64,000 bases of DNA from assembly GCA_963812605.1 (NCBI GenBank), contig CAWEWF010000001.1:576001-640000 (forward strand). Reading direction: 5' to 3'. The notes under the pieces are model-generated. The model did no database searches, was not told where the DNA came from, and worked only from the letters and a program-made list of their open reading frames with translations. Positions 8,109 to 18,094 of this stretch are shown here, in pieces (position 1 is the stretch's first letter; every line of letters begins with the position of its first letter). The translations under genes and the position numbers were made by a program. The stretch is from an uncultured Verrucomicrobiae bacterium. Its GTDB lineage: Bacteria > Verrucomicrobiota > Verrucomicrobiia > Palsa-1439.

Positions 8109-8977
8109 AACTGAGGCTGGTCGCCATGCTTGTCCTGCTGCCGACTGCTGCCGCTTGGGCGGCCAACTCGATGAGCATCTCGCAGGAATTGGACACCGAA
8201 TACGGTTACACCGGCGGCGTGACCACGCGCGGCGGCGGCGTGAGTATCCACTCGGTTGACGAACAAAGCGCTGACGTCCGCTACGTTATCTCCCCGCAAG
8301 TTAACAAAGACCTGCTCTTGCGGCTGGGAGTCGAATGGCAGCGTTTCTCTTTCGGCGTGCCGGATCATGCACCCGTGCCCAGTGTTTTACAGCAAGCCAG
8401 CCTGGTGCTGGGGTTTGACTATCAGCTTGCGGACGAATGGCTGATGCGCGTGGAGGCGCAACCCGGCATTTACAGTGATTTCCGGAACATCACCTGGCGC
8501 GATGTCGACATGCCAGTTGTCGTTGGCTTGGTGTATTTGGCCAGTCCCGATTTGCAGTGGGTCTTCGGGTTGAGAGTTGACGCGCGCACTCAGTACCCCG
8601 TCTTGCCGGCGGCTGGCGTCCGTTGGAAGTTCTCCGACCAGTGGACGCTGGATTTCATGCTGCCCAAACCGCGGCTCGAATACGACGTGACCGAGAAACT
8701 GCAACTCTATGTCGGCGCGGAAGTGCAGGCGGGAACCTTTGCCGTGGGACAGAATTTTGGCACACCACGCGGCCAGCCAAAACTGAACGACGCTATCGTC
8801 GATTATCTGGAGTTGCACCTCGGTTCGGGTTGTTCGTGGAAGATAACGCCGAACGTCACGATCGAGGCGGAAGCGGGCCTCATGCCCTATCGTAGCTTCG
8901 ATTTCTTCGACCCGAACATCGTCTTTCGGAGCCACAACGCCCCGTACGGCCAGATCGCCTGCCACGCCCGATTTTAA
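8105..8977 (+). CDS. outer-membrane beta-barrel protein (DUF6268-like)
   Basis: signal peptide, alternating beta-strand pattern, PVLPAAGVRW, C-terminal Phe. Confidence 0.75.
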   Translation: MKLRLVAMLVLLPTAAAWAANSMSISQELDTEYGYTGGVTTRGGGVSIHSVDEQSADVRYVISPQVNKDLLLRLGVEWQRFSFGVPDHAPVPSVLQQASLVLGFDYQLADEWLMRVEAQPGIYSDFRNITWRDVDMPVVVGLVYLASPDLQWVFGLRVDARTQYPVLPAAGVRWKFSDQWTLDFMLPKPRLEYDVTEKLQLYVGAEVQAGTFAVGQNFGTPRGQPKLNDAIVDYLELHLGSGCSWKITPNVTIEAEAGLMPYRSFDFFDPNIVFRSHNAPYGQIACHARF

Positions 8978-9169
8978 TCGGATGCTTCCCGGCGGTGGAC
9001 AAGGAAAAGAGCGCGATCGACAATTAGTCCACCGAGTCGTGAACGCAGGCCTGTTATTGTTTGCCCACTGTTTGAACGATCGCGCTCTTGCATAACTCTT
9101 TTCGCCCGCGGTGAACCAGGCGATGTTTTCCTATTTTGTTGCCCAATTTGTAAGGAAGCCCTCCCGCAC

Positions 9170-9189
9170 GGATCGGGCGCGCCCGATCC
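9170..9189. terminator. perfect palindrome between convergent genes
   Basis: GGATCGGGCGCGCCCGATCC; no U-tract. Confidence 0.4.
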
Positions 9190-9210
9190 ATGCGGTCCCG
9201 GACGCTTGTT

Positions 9211-10077
9211 TCAAGTCGACTTACGACGACGAAGGCCCAACATCCCTAAAACCCCCATCCCAACCATGGCCACCGTCGACGGCTCGGGAACCACGGCAGT
9301 ACCCGAAATCGCCACGTTATCGAAACGCCAATTGCCTGAATTGTTGTTCAAGGCCGTTCCTTTGGTGCTGACATCGTCAACGCCCGTTGAGGCGTTCACG
9401 ATTCGAATGGCGAAGTTCGTATTATTCCCTGCCAACGGATCGGAAATGTTCGCGGTCAAACCGGTGAACCAATCCTGCCCGGCCAGTGCCCCTTGCCCGG
9501 GGTTCGAACCACTATCGCTGACAAACCACCCATTAACCGTATTGGCGGAGGTGGTGTTGTTCGAAAGCACGAGTCCGGCGTCGGACCCGCCCAGTGTCAG
9601 CTTAACATTGTTCCATGTGCTGCCATCGGTGGTGTATTGGAGTTGCATATTCGCCTCGCCCTGAGTCGTCGCATACCAATCGAGGCTAACAGTAACATTG
9701 CTGAACCCGAGGGTGCTCACAGCGAACTGGGCTCCCTGCGAGCCAATCGGCGCCAAGCTCGACCAGCCGTTGGCGGCGGGGTTGCCCTGCGCCCGGATGC
9801 GCCATATCTGAGTGAGATTGGCAACACCGTTCGACCCTGTGTCTCCGGTCACGCCTTGGAGGACATCGTCGGCGTTCGTGCCGACATTCGGGGTTGGGTA
9901 AACGCCCATGCCAAGGGCGCTGGCGGTGCCCGAGCCGGTAGTGGGACTCGGGCTGTTGTTAGCCGCGATCGCGTTGGTCTCGAAAGTCCAAGCGGCGATA
10001 GTGGTTTGCGCCTGACCGTTTGTTTGAATGAGTAATGCCAGGGCCCCGGCCAATGCAAATGATAGGTGTTTTCTCAC
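9211..10077 (-). CDS. PEP-CTERM sorting domain protein
   Basis: signal peptide; C-terminal VPEPST + TM helix + RRRK. Confidence 0.93.
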   Translation of the reverse strand: MRKHLSFALAGALALLIQTNGQAQTTIAAWTFETNAIAANNSPSPTTGSGTASALGMGVYPTPNVGTNADDVLQGVTGDTGSNGVANLTQIWRIRAQGNPAANGWSSLAPIGSQGAQFAVSTLGFSNVTVSLDWYATTQGEANMQLQYTTDGSTWNNVKLTLGGSDAGLVLSNNTTSANTVNGWFVSDSGSNPGQGALAGQDWFTGLTANISDPLAGNNTNFAIRIVNASTGVDDVSTKGTALNNNSGNWRFDNVAISGTAVVPEPSTVAMVGMGVLGMLGLRRRKST

Positions 10078-10470
10078 GCTTCAGTCCTCCAGTTTTCTCG
10101 CTAATAGGTTTACGGTTTAAACTCGCTGCCAAAGTGTTTACCCCGCAAGGAAGGCAAACCAAGGGCGCTACCGTTACAATCACGCAACGCCATGGCGCAC
10201 CCGGGGAATATTACATCCCGTCGGGGTCAAACGGATTCCGGATGACGGCTCGACTAACTGCACCTTGACCAAATCTTCCCTGACTTATCGCCACCAATTC
10301 GTGACACAAGCGTTTCGTTTTCTGCCTTTGTTTGTCACGTGGCCCGGCCATCGTGCGTTGCGTGCAGGGTCGCAGGAACTCACGGCGAGTTCACGCGAAC
10401 AAACTACCAGGGGAGCGCTGTCCTGCGCGTTCGACGCGCGGGGGAACAATTCACGCAAGGAGAAGACACG

Positions 10471-11286
10471 ATGCGGCAGTCCCGTCGAATAAGTGGGGCG
10501 TTCACGTTGATTGAACTGCTGGTGGTCATCGCCATCATCGGAATTCTTGCGGGCATGCTGTTGCCGGCGCTGTCCAAAGCGCGGGCTCGGGCAACACTGG
10601 CACAGTGCGTCTCGAATTTGCGGCAGTGGGGCCTCGCCGCAACCATGTATTTCGATGACGCCAACAGCTACATTCCCCTGGACGATTACGACAGCGCCGG
10701 GAACGATATGCCCAGTTGGTCGGATCTCTCCAATCCCCAATCCGCGTCCTGCTGGTATATCGTCCTGCCGCCCTATGTCCAGAAGCCCGCCATGACAAGT
10801 TTCCATAGCTTCAACGGTTTTAACTACCTCTATCACACCAAGAATATCTTCGAGTGCCCGGCGGTCAATTGGGCCCAGATGGAAAGTCCCACAAAACGCC
10901 CGTACTTCAGCTACGCCATTAATTCCAAACTCAATGAGACCGTGTCGGTAGACACCATCAAGCAACTAGATCAGGGAACAAGCGGTCCGAATAACAGCAA
11001 TCACCGCCCGGTCAATACCACGACGGTCGCCATGTTCCTCGACACCATCGCGCAACTTTCCGAACCAAGGGCTTTCGTCGGCCAAAGCTCGGGATCATCA
11101 CCGAAATACGCCAGTCCCAAGTCCTACACGACGCGAATTTCCGCCCGACATGCTGGTTCTTGCAACATCTGTTTCTTTGATGGCCACGTGGAGAACGTCC
11201 AATTGGTGAACCTATTCGACAGCTCGGGCAAAAATATTAAGACCTCACCGGTGATCTGGGATCCGTTTGATCCCGACATACCGTAG
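10471..11286 (+). CDS. prepilin-type N-terminal cleavage/methylation protein with H-X9-DG C-terminal motif
   Basis: [29 protein letters not shown]; CVSNLRQWG; [15 protein letters not shown]. Confidence 0.93.
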   Translation: MRQSRRISGAFTLIELLVVIAIIGILAGMLLPALSKARARATLAQCVSNLRQWGLAATMYFDDANSYIPLDDYDSAGNDMPSWSDLSNPQSASCWYIVLPPYVQKPAMTSFHSFNGFNYLYHTKNIFECPAVNWAQMESPTKRPYFSYAINSKLNETVSVDTIKQLDQGTSGPNNSNHRPVNTTTVAMFLDTIAQLSEPRAFVGQSSGSSPKYASPKSYTTRISARHAGSCNICFFDGHVENVQLVNLFDSSGKNIKTSPVIWDPFDPDIP

Positions 11287-11434
11287 GCGCTGTATGGGCC
11301 CTGGGTGGAAGAGTTGCTGCGGGGTTGTGACATCCTCGCTTTTTGTTCGTTGCATTGGCTTTGTACAAAGTTAGGCGGGCGAGATTCAAGTCAACATTAT
11401 TAATCAGGGAAGAAATCGATTGAGGGAAATTACC

Positions 11435-14400
11435 ATGAATAAGAAAGCACTCATTGCAATTGCCGGTGCGCTGTCCTTGCTCGTCCAGACCAACAGTCAG
11501 GCGCAAACCATCACCGCCTGGACCTTTGACAATCTCGCCGCTGCTCAAAATCAGAGTCCGGCGCCGTCTTTCGGCTTGGGACTGGCGACCCCGCTCGGCA
11601 TGTCGAACACCTATAACGGTGTCGCTAATCAGACCACCAATTTCTGCGATGTGTTGTCCGACCCTGGCAGTTCGGATGCCAGCGGCCCCAACGCCTGGCG
11701 CGTTCGCGGGGGATGGAACGGCAACAACCCACCCAACGGCTGGTCAACCAATGCGCCGATCGCCAGCCAGGGAGCCGAGTTCGATGTCAGCACCGTGGGC
11801 ATCCACACCAATATCGTGGTGACGTTTGACATCCACACGACCAAACAAATCGAAGCCAACATGGCCGTTTTATACACCACCGACGGCGTCAACTGGATTA
11901 ACTCGTTCATGATGCTGACGAACGCGGGTACCGCCGACGCGGTGGTTCTGAGCACAAACAGCCCCAACACGATTTCCGGCCCCTTCATTCAATTCCGAGA
12001 CTCGAATGCTCCCTGGTACAATAGCCTCACCGCGGTCATCACAAATCGAGCAGCCCAAAATAACCCCAACTTCGGCATCCGGCTGGTCAATGCCTCGACC
12101 GGCCCGGACTGCATCAATCAGTCGGGTCTTCCCTTCAACAGCTCGTCCGGCAACTTTCGGTATGATAACGTGTCAATTTCCGCGGGCAGCTTGGCTCCAG
12201 CCATTCCGTTCACCCCGGGCGACCTCGTCGTCTACCGGGTCGGTAATGGGATCAACACGCTTTCGAGCAACGGCAACGTTGTTTTCCTTGACGAGTACAC
12301 GACCAATGGCACCTTCGTCCAATCGGTCCCCTTACCCAGCACGCAGACTGGAAGTAACTCGGCGTTCGTCGCCAGCGGCACGGTTGTGTCCGAAGGCGGT
12401 CTATCGCTTTCGACGAATGGCTTGTACTTGCTGGCCACCGGTTATGCGACGAATACCCAATCCGGCGCCTCGCTGACCGGTACCTCCTCCGTCACGGTGC
12501 CGCGCCTGGTGGCGCGGGTGGACTACGCGGCCACCGTTGATACGACAACCGTCTTGTCGAATTGGTCCAGTGGCAGCAGTCCGCGCTCCGCCGTCTCACC
12601 GGATGGCCTCAACATTTGGGTCGGTGCCGGGACCGGCGGCGTCGGTTACACGACTTTCGGCGGTACGTTCGTGACCGTGCTGAACACGAATCCGCCCTCC
12701 GATACTCAGCGGCTCGGCATCTACGGCGGTCAACTTTATGCGATGACGGACCGCGGCATGAATGGCCTCTATGCCATCGGCTCGGGATTGCCCAATACCG
12801 GCAACCAGCTCGCGACCATCCTCGCCGGATCGCCCGGCAACGGTGCGCTTTCCAATAACGCGGCGGCCGGCTACAACTTTGTGTTCCTCACTTTGCAAGG
12901 CGGTGGCTCCTCGCCCGACACCCTCTACTACGCGGACAACGGCAGTAACGGCGAAAATGGCAACAAGGGTGGAATCCTGAAGTACTCGCTGGTCAGTGGC
13001 ACGTGGACCTCCAACGGAACCATCAACGCCTTTGGGGTTACGGGATTGACTGCGAAAAAGCAAATTACCGGTAGCACAACCAATGTTCTCCTTTACGCCA
13101 CCAGCACGAATAACACGATCTATGCCATGGTCAACTCGACCGGCTACAACGGAAATCCGTCGGGGGTGGCGGTCGCCACGCTCGCCAACGCTCCCACGGG
13201 CACGGCATTCCGTGACATTGCCTTTGTTCCAATCTTCACCACAGCGGAATGCGTGCTCACAGTGGATAGTACGCAAATCAACGCTCCGGCCTCTGGGGGC
13301 ACCGCATTTACCATCAATGTGACCGCCAATTCGAACCTATGCACATGGACGGCTTCCACGGATGTGAGTTGGATCACCAGTCTGTCCCCGACCAGCACGA
13401 ATGGCAGCGCCGCCCTCACCTTCAACCTGTCCAGCAACGCCGGCGGATTGGTGCGGACCGGCCACGTCGTCGCCGCGGGCTTGACCAATACAATCATCCA
13501 GACTGGCGCCACGAATGTTGCCTTCACCGCCGGCAACATCGCCGTTGTCCGGGCGGGCGACGGCATTGAGGATCTCTCGACTTCGGGACTTCCTATCTTC
13601 CTCGACGAGTACACCACGAACGGAACCCTCGTTCAGTCAATTCCCCTGCCCAGGACGTCTTACAGCGGCAACTTTCCGTTCACCTTCAGCGGTACAGCCA
13701 GGACCGAGGGCGGCCTTTCCCTGACTGCAGACGGCCGGTATTTGCTCGCGGTCGGCTACGGCGGCACAACCGCCGGCGCTACCGTGCCCGGGGTGGTGGC
13801 GCGGGTGAATTCCGGCGGCAACGTGGATACCTCGACGAACCCAACCAATTGGATAAGTGGTAATCCTCGCGACGCGGTTTCGCCCGATGGCACCAACATT
13901 TGGCTGGGTTGCAATGGCCTCGGCGTTGGTTTCACGACGTTCGGCAGTCGCTCCGAGACCACATTGGTCACGAATGAGGGCAGTTGGAACATCGAGCGCA
14001 TCGGCTTGTTCGGAGGCCAGGTCTACGGGATGACGGGCAAGACCACGAATGGCCTGTATGCCATCGGCACGGGCTCGCCCACGACTGGCAACCAGATAGC
14101 GACCATTCTGCCTGGTAAACCTGGCTTCGGCGCCAGCGGGAGCCTGGTAGGGGACGGCTTTAAATTCGTGTTCTTCACCCTGAAGGCCGGTAACACTAAC
14201 TTCGATACCCTGTATTACGCTGACGATGGCAACAACAACGAATTTGGCGGCTACGGTGGCATCCTGAAGTACTCGCTGATCGGCGGTGTCTGGACGATCA
14301 CCGGCGACGGGAGTGGCGACGGAACCGGCGCCATCGGCGCTTTGGGAGACGACGTAGGCCGAACACCGCGAGTTACGGGGCTGACCGGGAAACTGCAAAT

Positions 14401-15049
14401 CGCCGGGAACACAACGAATGTCATCTTGTACGCAACAAGCTTTTCGAACAACGTGATTTACGCTGTTACCGACAACACCGGGTTCAACGGCGATCCGTCG
14501 GGATTGACGCTTACGACTCTTGTCGGGCCGGCCACGAACAAGAGCATCCGTGATATCGCCTTCGTGCCGACTGGCTCGGGTGGAGTCGCGCCGACGGATC
14601 CGTTCATCACATGGCAGAACCAGTACTTCACGATAAGCCAAATGATGAACCCAGCGATAAGCGGGCCAAATGCGGATTACCTGGGCAAGGGGATGAGCAA
14701 CACCAACCAGTTCCTGGCGGGATTCAATCCCACCAATGCTGCGGCTTACGTCCATATCACCAGTATTTCCAAGACGAATGGCGGCACGGACGTTCGGGTG
14801 GATTACCTGGGAGCCAGCGGGGACAGCAGCCGCGCGCAGCCGGGGCCCTTGTTGTCCCGTACCAACGTGCTGGAGTTCACCACGGGTACGGCCAGTGGCG
14901 GCTATAGCAGTACTAACTTCGCGAGCACCGGTGTCATGCAAATCCTCAGCAACGGTGTCGGGCTCGGCACATTGACCAACATCGTGGATCCGGGCGGGGC
15001 GACGAATGGTCCATCGCGATATTATCGCGTCCGCGTGCTGGTGCCGTAG
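11435..15049 (+). CDS. large secreted/surface protein with two internal repeats of about 340 aa and a BACON-like Ig domain
   Basis: signal peptide; repeats running from FT(P/A)G..V.R.G through FLDEYTTNGT and GGILKYSL to RDIAFVP; WTASTDVSWIT linker domain; C-terminal RYYRVRVLVP. Confidence 0.85.
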   Translation: MNKKALIAIAGALSLLVQTNSQAQTITAWTFDNLAAAQNQSPAPSFGLGLATPLGMSNTYNGVANQTTNFCDVLSDPGSSDASGPNAWRVRGGWNGNNPPNGWSTNAPIASQGAEFDVSTVGIHTNIVVTFDIHTTKQIEANMAVLYTTDGVNWINSFMMLTNAGTADAVVLSTNSPNTISGPFIQFRDSNAPWYNSLTAVITNRAAQNNPNFGIRLVNASTGPDCINQSGLPFNSSSGNFRYDNVSISAGSLAPAIPFTPGDLVVYRVGNGINTLSSNGNVVFLDEYTTNGTFVQSVPLPSTQTGSNSAFVASGTVVSEGGLSLSTNGLYLLATGYATNTQSGASLTGTSSVTVPRLVARVDYAATVDTTTVLSNWSSGSSPRSAVSPDGLNIWVGAGTGGVGYTTFGGTFVTVLNTNPPSDTQRLGIYGGQLYAMTDRGMNGLYAIGSGLPNTGNQLATILAGSPGNGALSNNAAAGYNFVFLTLQGGGSSPDTLYYADNGSNGENGNKGGILKYSLVSGTWTSNGTINAFGVTGLTAKKQITGSTTNVLLYATSTNNTIYAMVNSTGYNGNPSGVAVATLANAPTGTAFRDIAFVPIFTTAECVLTVDSTQINAPASGGTAFTINVTANSNLCTWTASTDVSWITSLSPTSTNGSAALTFNLSSNAGGLVRTGHVVAAGLTNTIIQTGATNVAFTAGNIAVVRAGDGIEDLSTSGLPIFLDEYTTNGTLVQSIPLPRTSYSGNFPFTFSGTARTEGGLSLTADGRYLLAVGYGGTTAGATVPGVVARVNSGGNVDTSTNPTNWISGNPRDAVSPDGTNIWLGCNGLGVGFTTFGSRSETTLVTNEGSWNIERIGLFGGQVYGMTGKTTNGLYAIGTGSPTTGNQIATILPGKPGFGASGSLVGDGFKFVFFTLKAGNTNFDTLYYADDGNNNEFGGYGGILKYSLIGGVWTITGDGSGDGTGAIGALGDDVGRTPRVTGLTGKLQIAGNTTNVILYATSFSNNVIYAVTDNTGFNGDPSGLTLTTLVGPATNKSIRDIAFVPTGSGGVAPTDPFITWQNQYFTISQMMNPAISGPNADYLGKGMSNTNQFLAGFNPTNAAAYVHITSISKTNGGTDVRVDYLGASGDSSRAQPGPLLSRTNVLEFTTGTASGGYSSTNFASTGVMQILSNGVGLGTLTNIVDPGGATNGPSRYYRVRVLVP

Positions 15050-15077
15050 GAAATGGGTGGAAACGTAACAGCGCGGA

Positions 15078-16172
15078 TCAAGAGGTCTTTTGTGAGGATC
15101 TCGACAGATACGTGTCAGACAGCAATTCCAGTTGCGCGCCGGCTGGTCGTCGAAACGCCGCTGTCGAAAGCTGTGGTCCATGCTCGGGAATGCCGGCGCG
15201 GCGGCAGGCGACGGCAAACATCTTCGCGAGTTGTTCGGCGAGGATCCCTTTTCCCTGCATGCGTGAGCCGAAATCGGGATCATTCAGTTTCCCGTCGCGG
15301 ATTGCCCGAATTTGCGCGAGCACTTTTTCTTTGCGCTCGGGCAAATGGCGCGCCAGCCATTGCTGGAACAGGTCGGCCACGCCGTAGGGCAGGCGGATCG
15401 GCACCATGCCGGCGCAGCACGCGCCCGCTTCCGCCGCTGCCTTGAGGATGGCAGGTAATTCGTGATCGGTAAGCCCGGGAATCACTGGGGCCACCATTAC
15501 TCCCGCGGGCACACCGGCTTTCGTTAACTCCCGGATCGCCCGCAAACGCGCGGCCGGTTGCGCCGTGCGCGGTTCCATAATCCGCGCCAGGTTCGCATCC
15601 AATGTGGTGACAGAGAGAAACACGGCGGCTGCGTGGTCGCGCGCCAGGTCGGCCAGCAGGTCAATATCGCGCGTAACCAGGAGATTTTTTGTGATGATCG
15701 CGACCGGGTTGCGGAATTCCGCAAGCACCTGCAAACATTTGCGGGTGACTTGCAGCCGGCGTTCGATGGGCTGGTAGCAATCGGTCACGCCGCTCATGGC
15801 CAGCACCTGCGGTTTCCACTTCGGCGCTGACAATTCCCGACGCAATAACTCCGGCGCGTTCTCCTTGACGACGATTTTCGTCTCGAAGTCGAGCCCGGCT
15901 GAAAAGCCGAGGTATTCGTGATAAGGCCGGGCGTAGCAATAGACGCAGCCGTGCTCGCAGCCGCGGTAGGGATTGATGCTCGCTTTGAAGCCGACGTTGG
16001 GGCTGGTGTTGCGGGTAATAATGGAAACGCTGGCATCCCGATAAAACTGCGTCTTCGGCGCGGGATCGTCCGGCTCGTCCCACTCCGCATCGCGCTCGTA
16101 CGCGGTATGCTCGAAGCGATTGGTCGGATTCTCCGCCGCCCCCCGCCCATGAATGGATTTACCTGCGCTCAT
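15078..16172 (-). CDS. radical SAM protein, PA0069 family
   Basis: GRGA, SINPYRGCEHGCVYCYARP (CxxxCxxC), TDCYQPIER. Confidence 0.92.
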   Translation of the reverse strand: MSAGKSIHGRGAAENPTNRFEHTAYERDAEWDEPDDPAPKTQFYRDASVSIITRNTSPNVGFKASINPYRGCEHGCVYCYARPYHEYLGFSAGLDFETKIVVKENAPELLRRELSAPKWKPQVLAMSGVTDCYQPIERRLQVTRKCLQVLAEFRNPVAIITKNLLVTRDIDLLADLARDHAAAVFLSVTTLDANLARIMEPRTAQPAARLRAIRELTKAGVPAGVMVAPVIPGLTDHELPAILKAAAEAGACCAGMVPIRLPYGVADLFQQWLARHLPERKEKVLAQIRAIRDGKLNDPDFGSRMQGKGILAEQLAKMFAVACRRAGIPEHGPQLSTAAFRRPAGAQLELLSDTYLSRSSQKTS

Positions 16173-16235
16173 CTGCACGACGATAGCACTTGCAGTCAGG
16201 CTGTCAAAGTAGGAGGCGCCCGGGTTTGCCAAACT

Positions 16236-16415
16236 TCACGCCGGCTGAACTTCCACGGAATCAATTTCCCCGGAGCGCACGCGTACCGCGACCGTCATGG
16301 GACGGCAGCACACTTCGCAGTCGATAATAAACTCCGAGCCGCCGTCAGTTGGGTCGAACGAAATCTCGAAATCTTCCCCGCAATGAGGACAGGTGATTGT
16401 CAGAAATTCGCTCAT
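16236..16415 (-). CDS. CPXCG-motif cysteine-rich protein
   Basis: CPHCGE...DCEVCCRP. Confidence 0.88.
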   Translation of the reverse strand: MSEFLTITCPHCGEDFEISFDPTDGGSEFIIDCEVCCRPMTVAVRVRSGEIDSVEVQPA

Positions 16416-16567
16416 GGACCAACTGTAGCCTACCGGAGCAGTTGAGACGATTTTGGTCCAAGTGTCACTTATGTAAGTCGCTCTAATCAAGCATCTTAAA
16501 CAGGGCGCTGGCTCGTGTGAAACCCTTGTGGTATGTTAGACTAAGCCCGCAGGGTAGGAAGACCGTT

Positions 16568-18091
16568 ATGGATGAGAAGATTCCAGAAGTGACGCAGTCG
16601 CAAGGGACAACAGTGGTAGCAACGTCTCCTTCGACCCAGGCATCTCGCGAAGCGCCGAAGGCTCCCAAGCTTGAGGAGATCCGGCGCAAGTCAGCGGACT
16701 ACCTGGAAACCGTCAGCAGCGGAAAAAAACTCGATCCCGAGGACAAGAATCGGATCATCACCCACACGCTGGAGAATTTCGACGACTACTTTAATCGCGG
16801 TTTTCTCCACTACCGCAAATCCGTCGCGGAAGCCGAGGACTTTGCCGCCATCGAATGGACGGGCCAGGGTTCGATCATCGAGGACATCATGGGCCGCAAG
16901 TTCATCGATTGCCTCGGCGGTTTCGGCGTTTACAACATGGGGATTCGCCACCCGAAAATTATCGCGGCGGTCAAGGCCCAACTCGAACGGATGCCGCTTT
17001 CTTCCCAGGAACTGCTCGACCCGTTGCGTGGTTTTCTCGCCGAGTTGCTGGGCGAACTCGCGCCGGGCGACCTGCAGGAATGTTTCTTCATCAGCAACGG
17101 GACCGATGCGGTCGAAGGCGCGCTGAAACTGGCGCGGCTCTACACAAAGAAAGCCGGCTTCATCTCGACCACAGGCGGTTTCCACGGCAAATCGATGGGT
17201 TCGCTCTCCGTGATGGGTCGCGCGGTATATCGCAAGCCGTTCCAACCGCTGTTGTCGAACGTTCATTTCGTGGACTACGGCGACATGAAAGACCTTGAAC
17301 GCGAACTCAAGAAACTGACCGATCTTGGCGAGGACATCGCCGCGATCATCCTGGAGCCCGTCCAGGGTGAGGCGGGCGCCGTGGTGCCGCCGGACGATTA
17401 TTTGCCGCGGGTGCGGCAGCTCTGCGATGAGTTTGGTGTTCTGTTGATCTTTGACGAAGTGCAGACCGGCATGGGCCGCACGGGCCGGGTGTTTGCCTGC
17501 GAGCATTGGAACGTGGTGCCGGACATTCTCTGCCTCGGGAAAGCGCTCGGTGGCGGCGTGATGCCGCTCAGCGCTTTCATGAGCACACCAAAAATCTGGA
17601 AGGTGCTTGAAGACAATCCGTTTCTTCACAGTTCCACTTTTGGCGGCAATCCGCTCGCCTGCGCCGCCGGCATTGCCGCGATCAATGTGTTGCTGGAGGA
17701 GGACCTTGCGCAACAGGCCGCGGAAAAGGGCCAATACCTCATGAAGCGACTCGGTTCGCTGCAGTCGACATATCCCGATATCCTCAAACAAGTGCGGGGC
17801 AAAGGACTGCTCATCGGGCTGGAATTTACGGATCGATTTATTGGCTATCGCGTGGCCGCGTCCTTGTTCAAGCGCGGCGTGCTCGTCGCGGGCACACTGC
17901 TCAGCGCCCGCACCCTTCGCATCGAGCCGGCGCTGAACATCAGCTATGCGCTTCTCGACGAGATGCTCGACAAGCTGGCGGACGCATTGAAGCAGATTGA
18001 GAAACAACTCGAGAAGGAAGCGCGGGAAAAAACGCCCAAGGACAAAGACGCCAAGGAATCGAAGGACGGGAAAGACGGCAAAGGAGATTAG
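16568..18091 (+). CDS. patA: putrescine aminotransferase (class III PLP)
   Basis: FIDCLGGFG, SSQELLDPLR, FHGKS, EPVQGE, DEVQTGMGRTG, KALGGGVMP. Confidence 0.88.
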   Translation: MDEKIPEVTQSQGTTVVATSPSTQASREAPKAPKLEEIRRKSADYLETVSSGKKLDPEDKNRIITHTLENFDDYFNRGFLHYRKSVAEAEDFAAIEWTGQGSIIEDIMGRKFIDCLGGFGVYNMGIRHPKIIAAVKAQLERMPLSSQELLDPLRGFLAELLGELAPGDLQECFFISNGTDAVEGALKLARLYTKKAGFISTTGGFHGKSMGSLSVMGRAVYRKPFQPLLSNVHFVDYGDMKDLERELKKLTDLGEDIAAIILEPVQGEAGAVVPPDDYLPRVRQLCDEFGVLLIFDEVQTGMGRTGRVFACEHWNVVPDILCLGKALGGGVMPLSAFMSTPKIWKVLEDNPFLHSSTFGGNPLACAAGIAAINVLLEEDLAQQAAEKGQYLMKRLGSLQSTYPDILKQVRGKGLLIGLEFTDRFIGYRVAASLFKRGVLVAGTLLSARTLRIEPALNISYALLDEMLDKLADALKQIEKQLEKEAREKTPKDKDAKESKDGKDGKGD

Positions 18092-18094
18092 GCC

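Noticed and set aside
10140-10400. c-di-GMP-I riboswitch (GGCAAACC) or Pho boxes between the PEP-CTERM and pilin genes
   Set aside because: The second stem and GCAAAG motif are absent, and the TCAC repeats are too degenerate to support a call.
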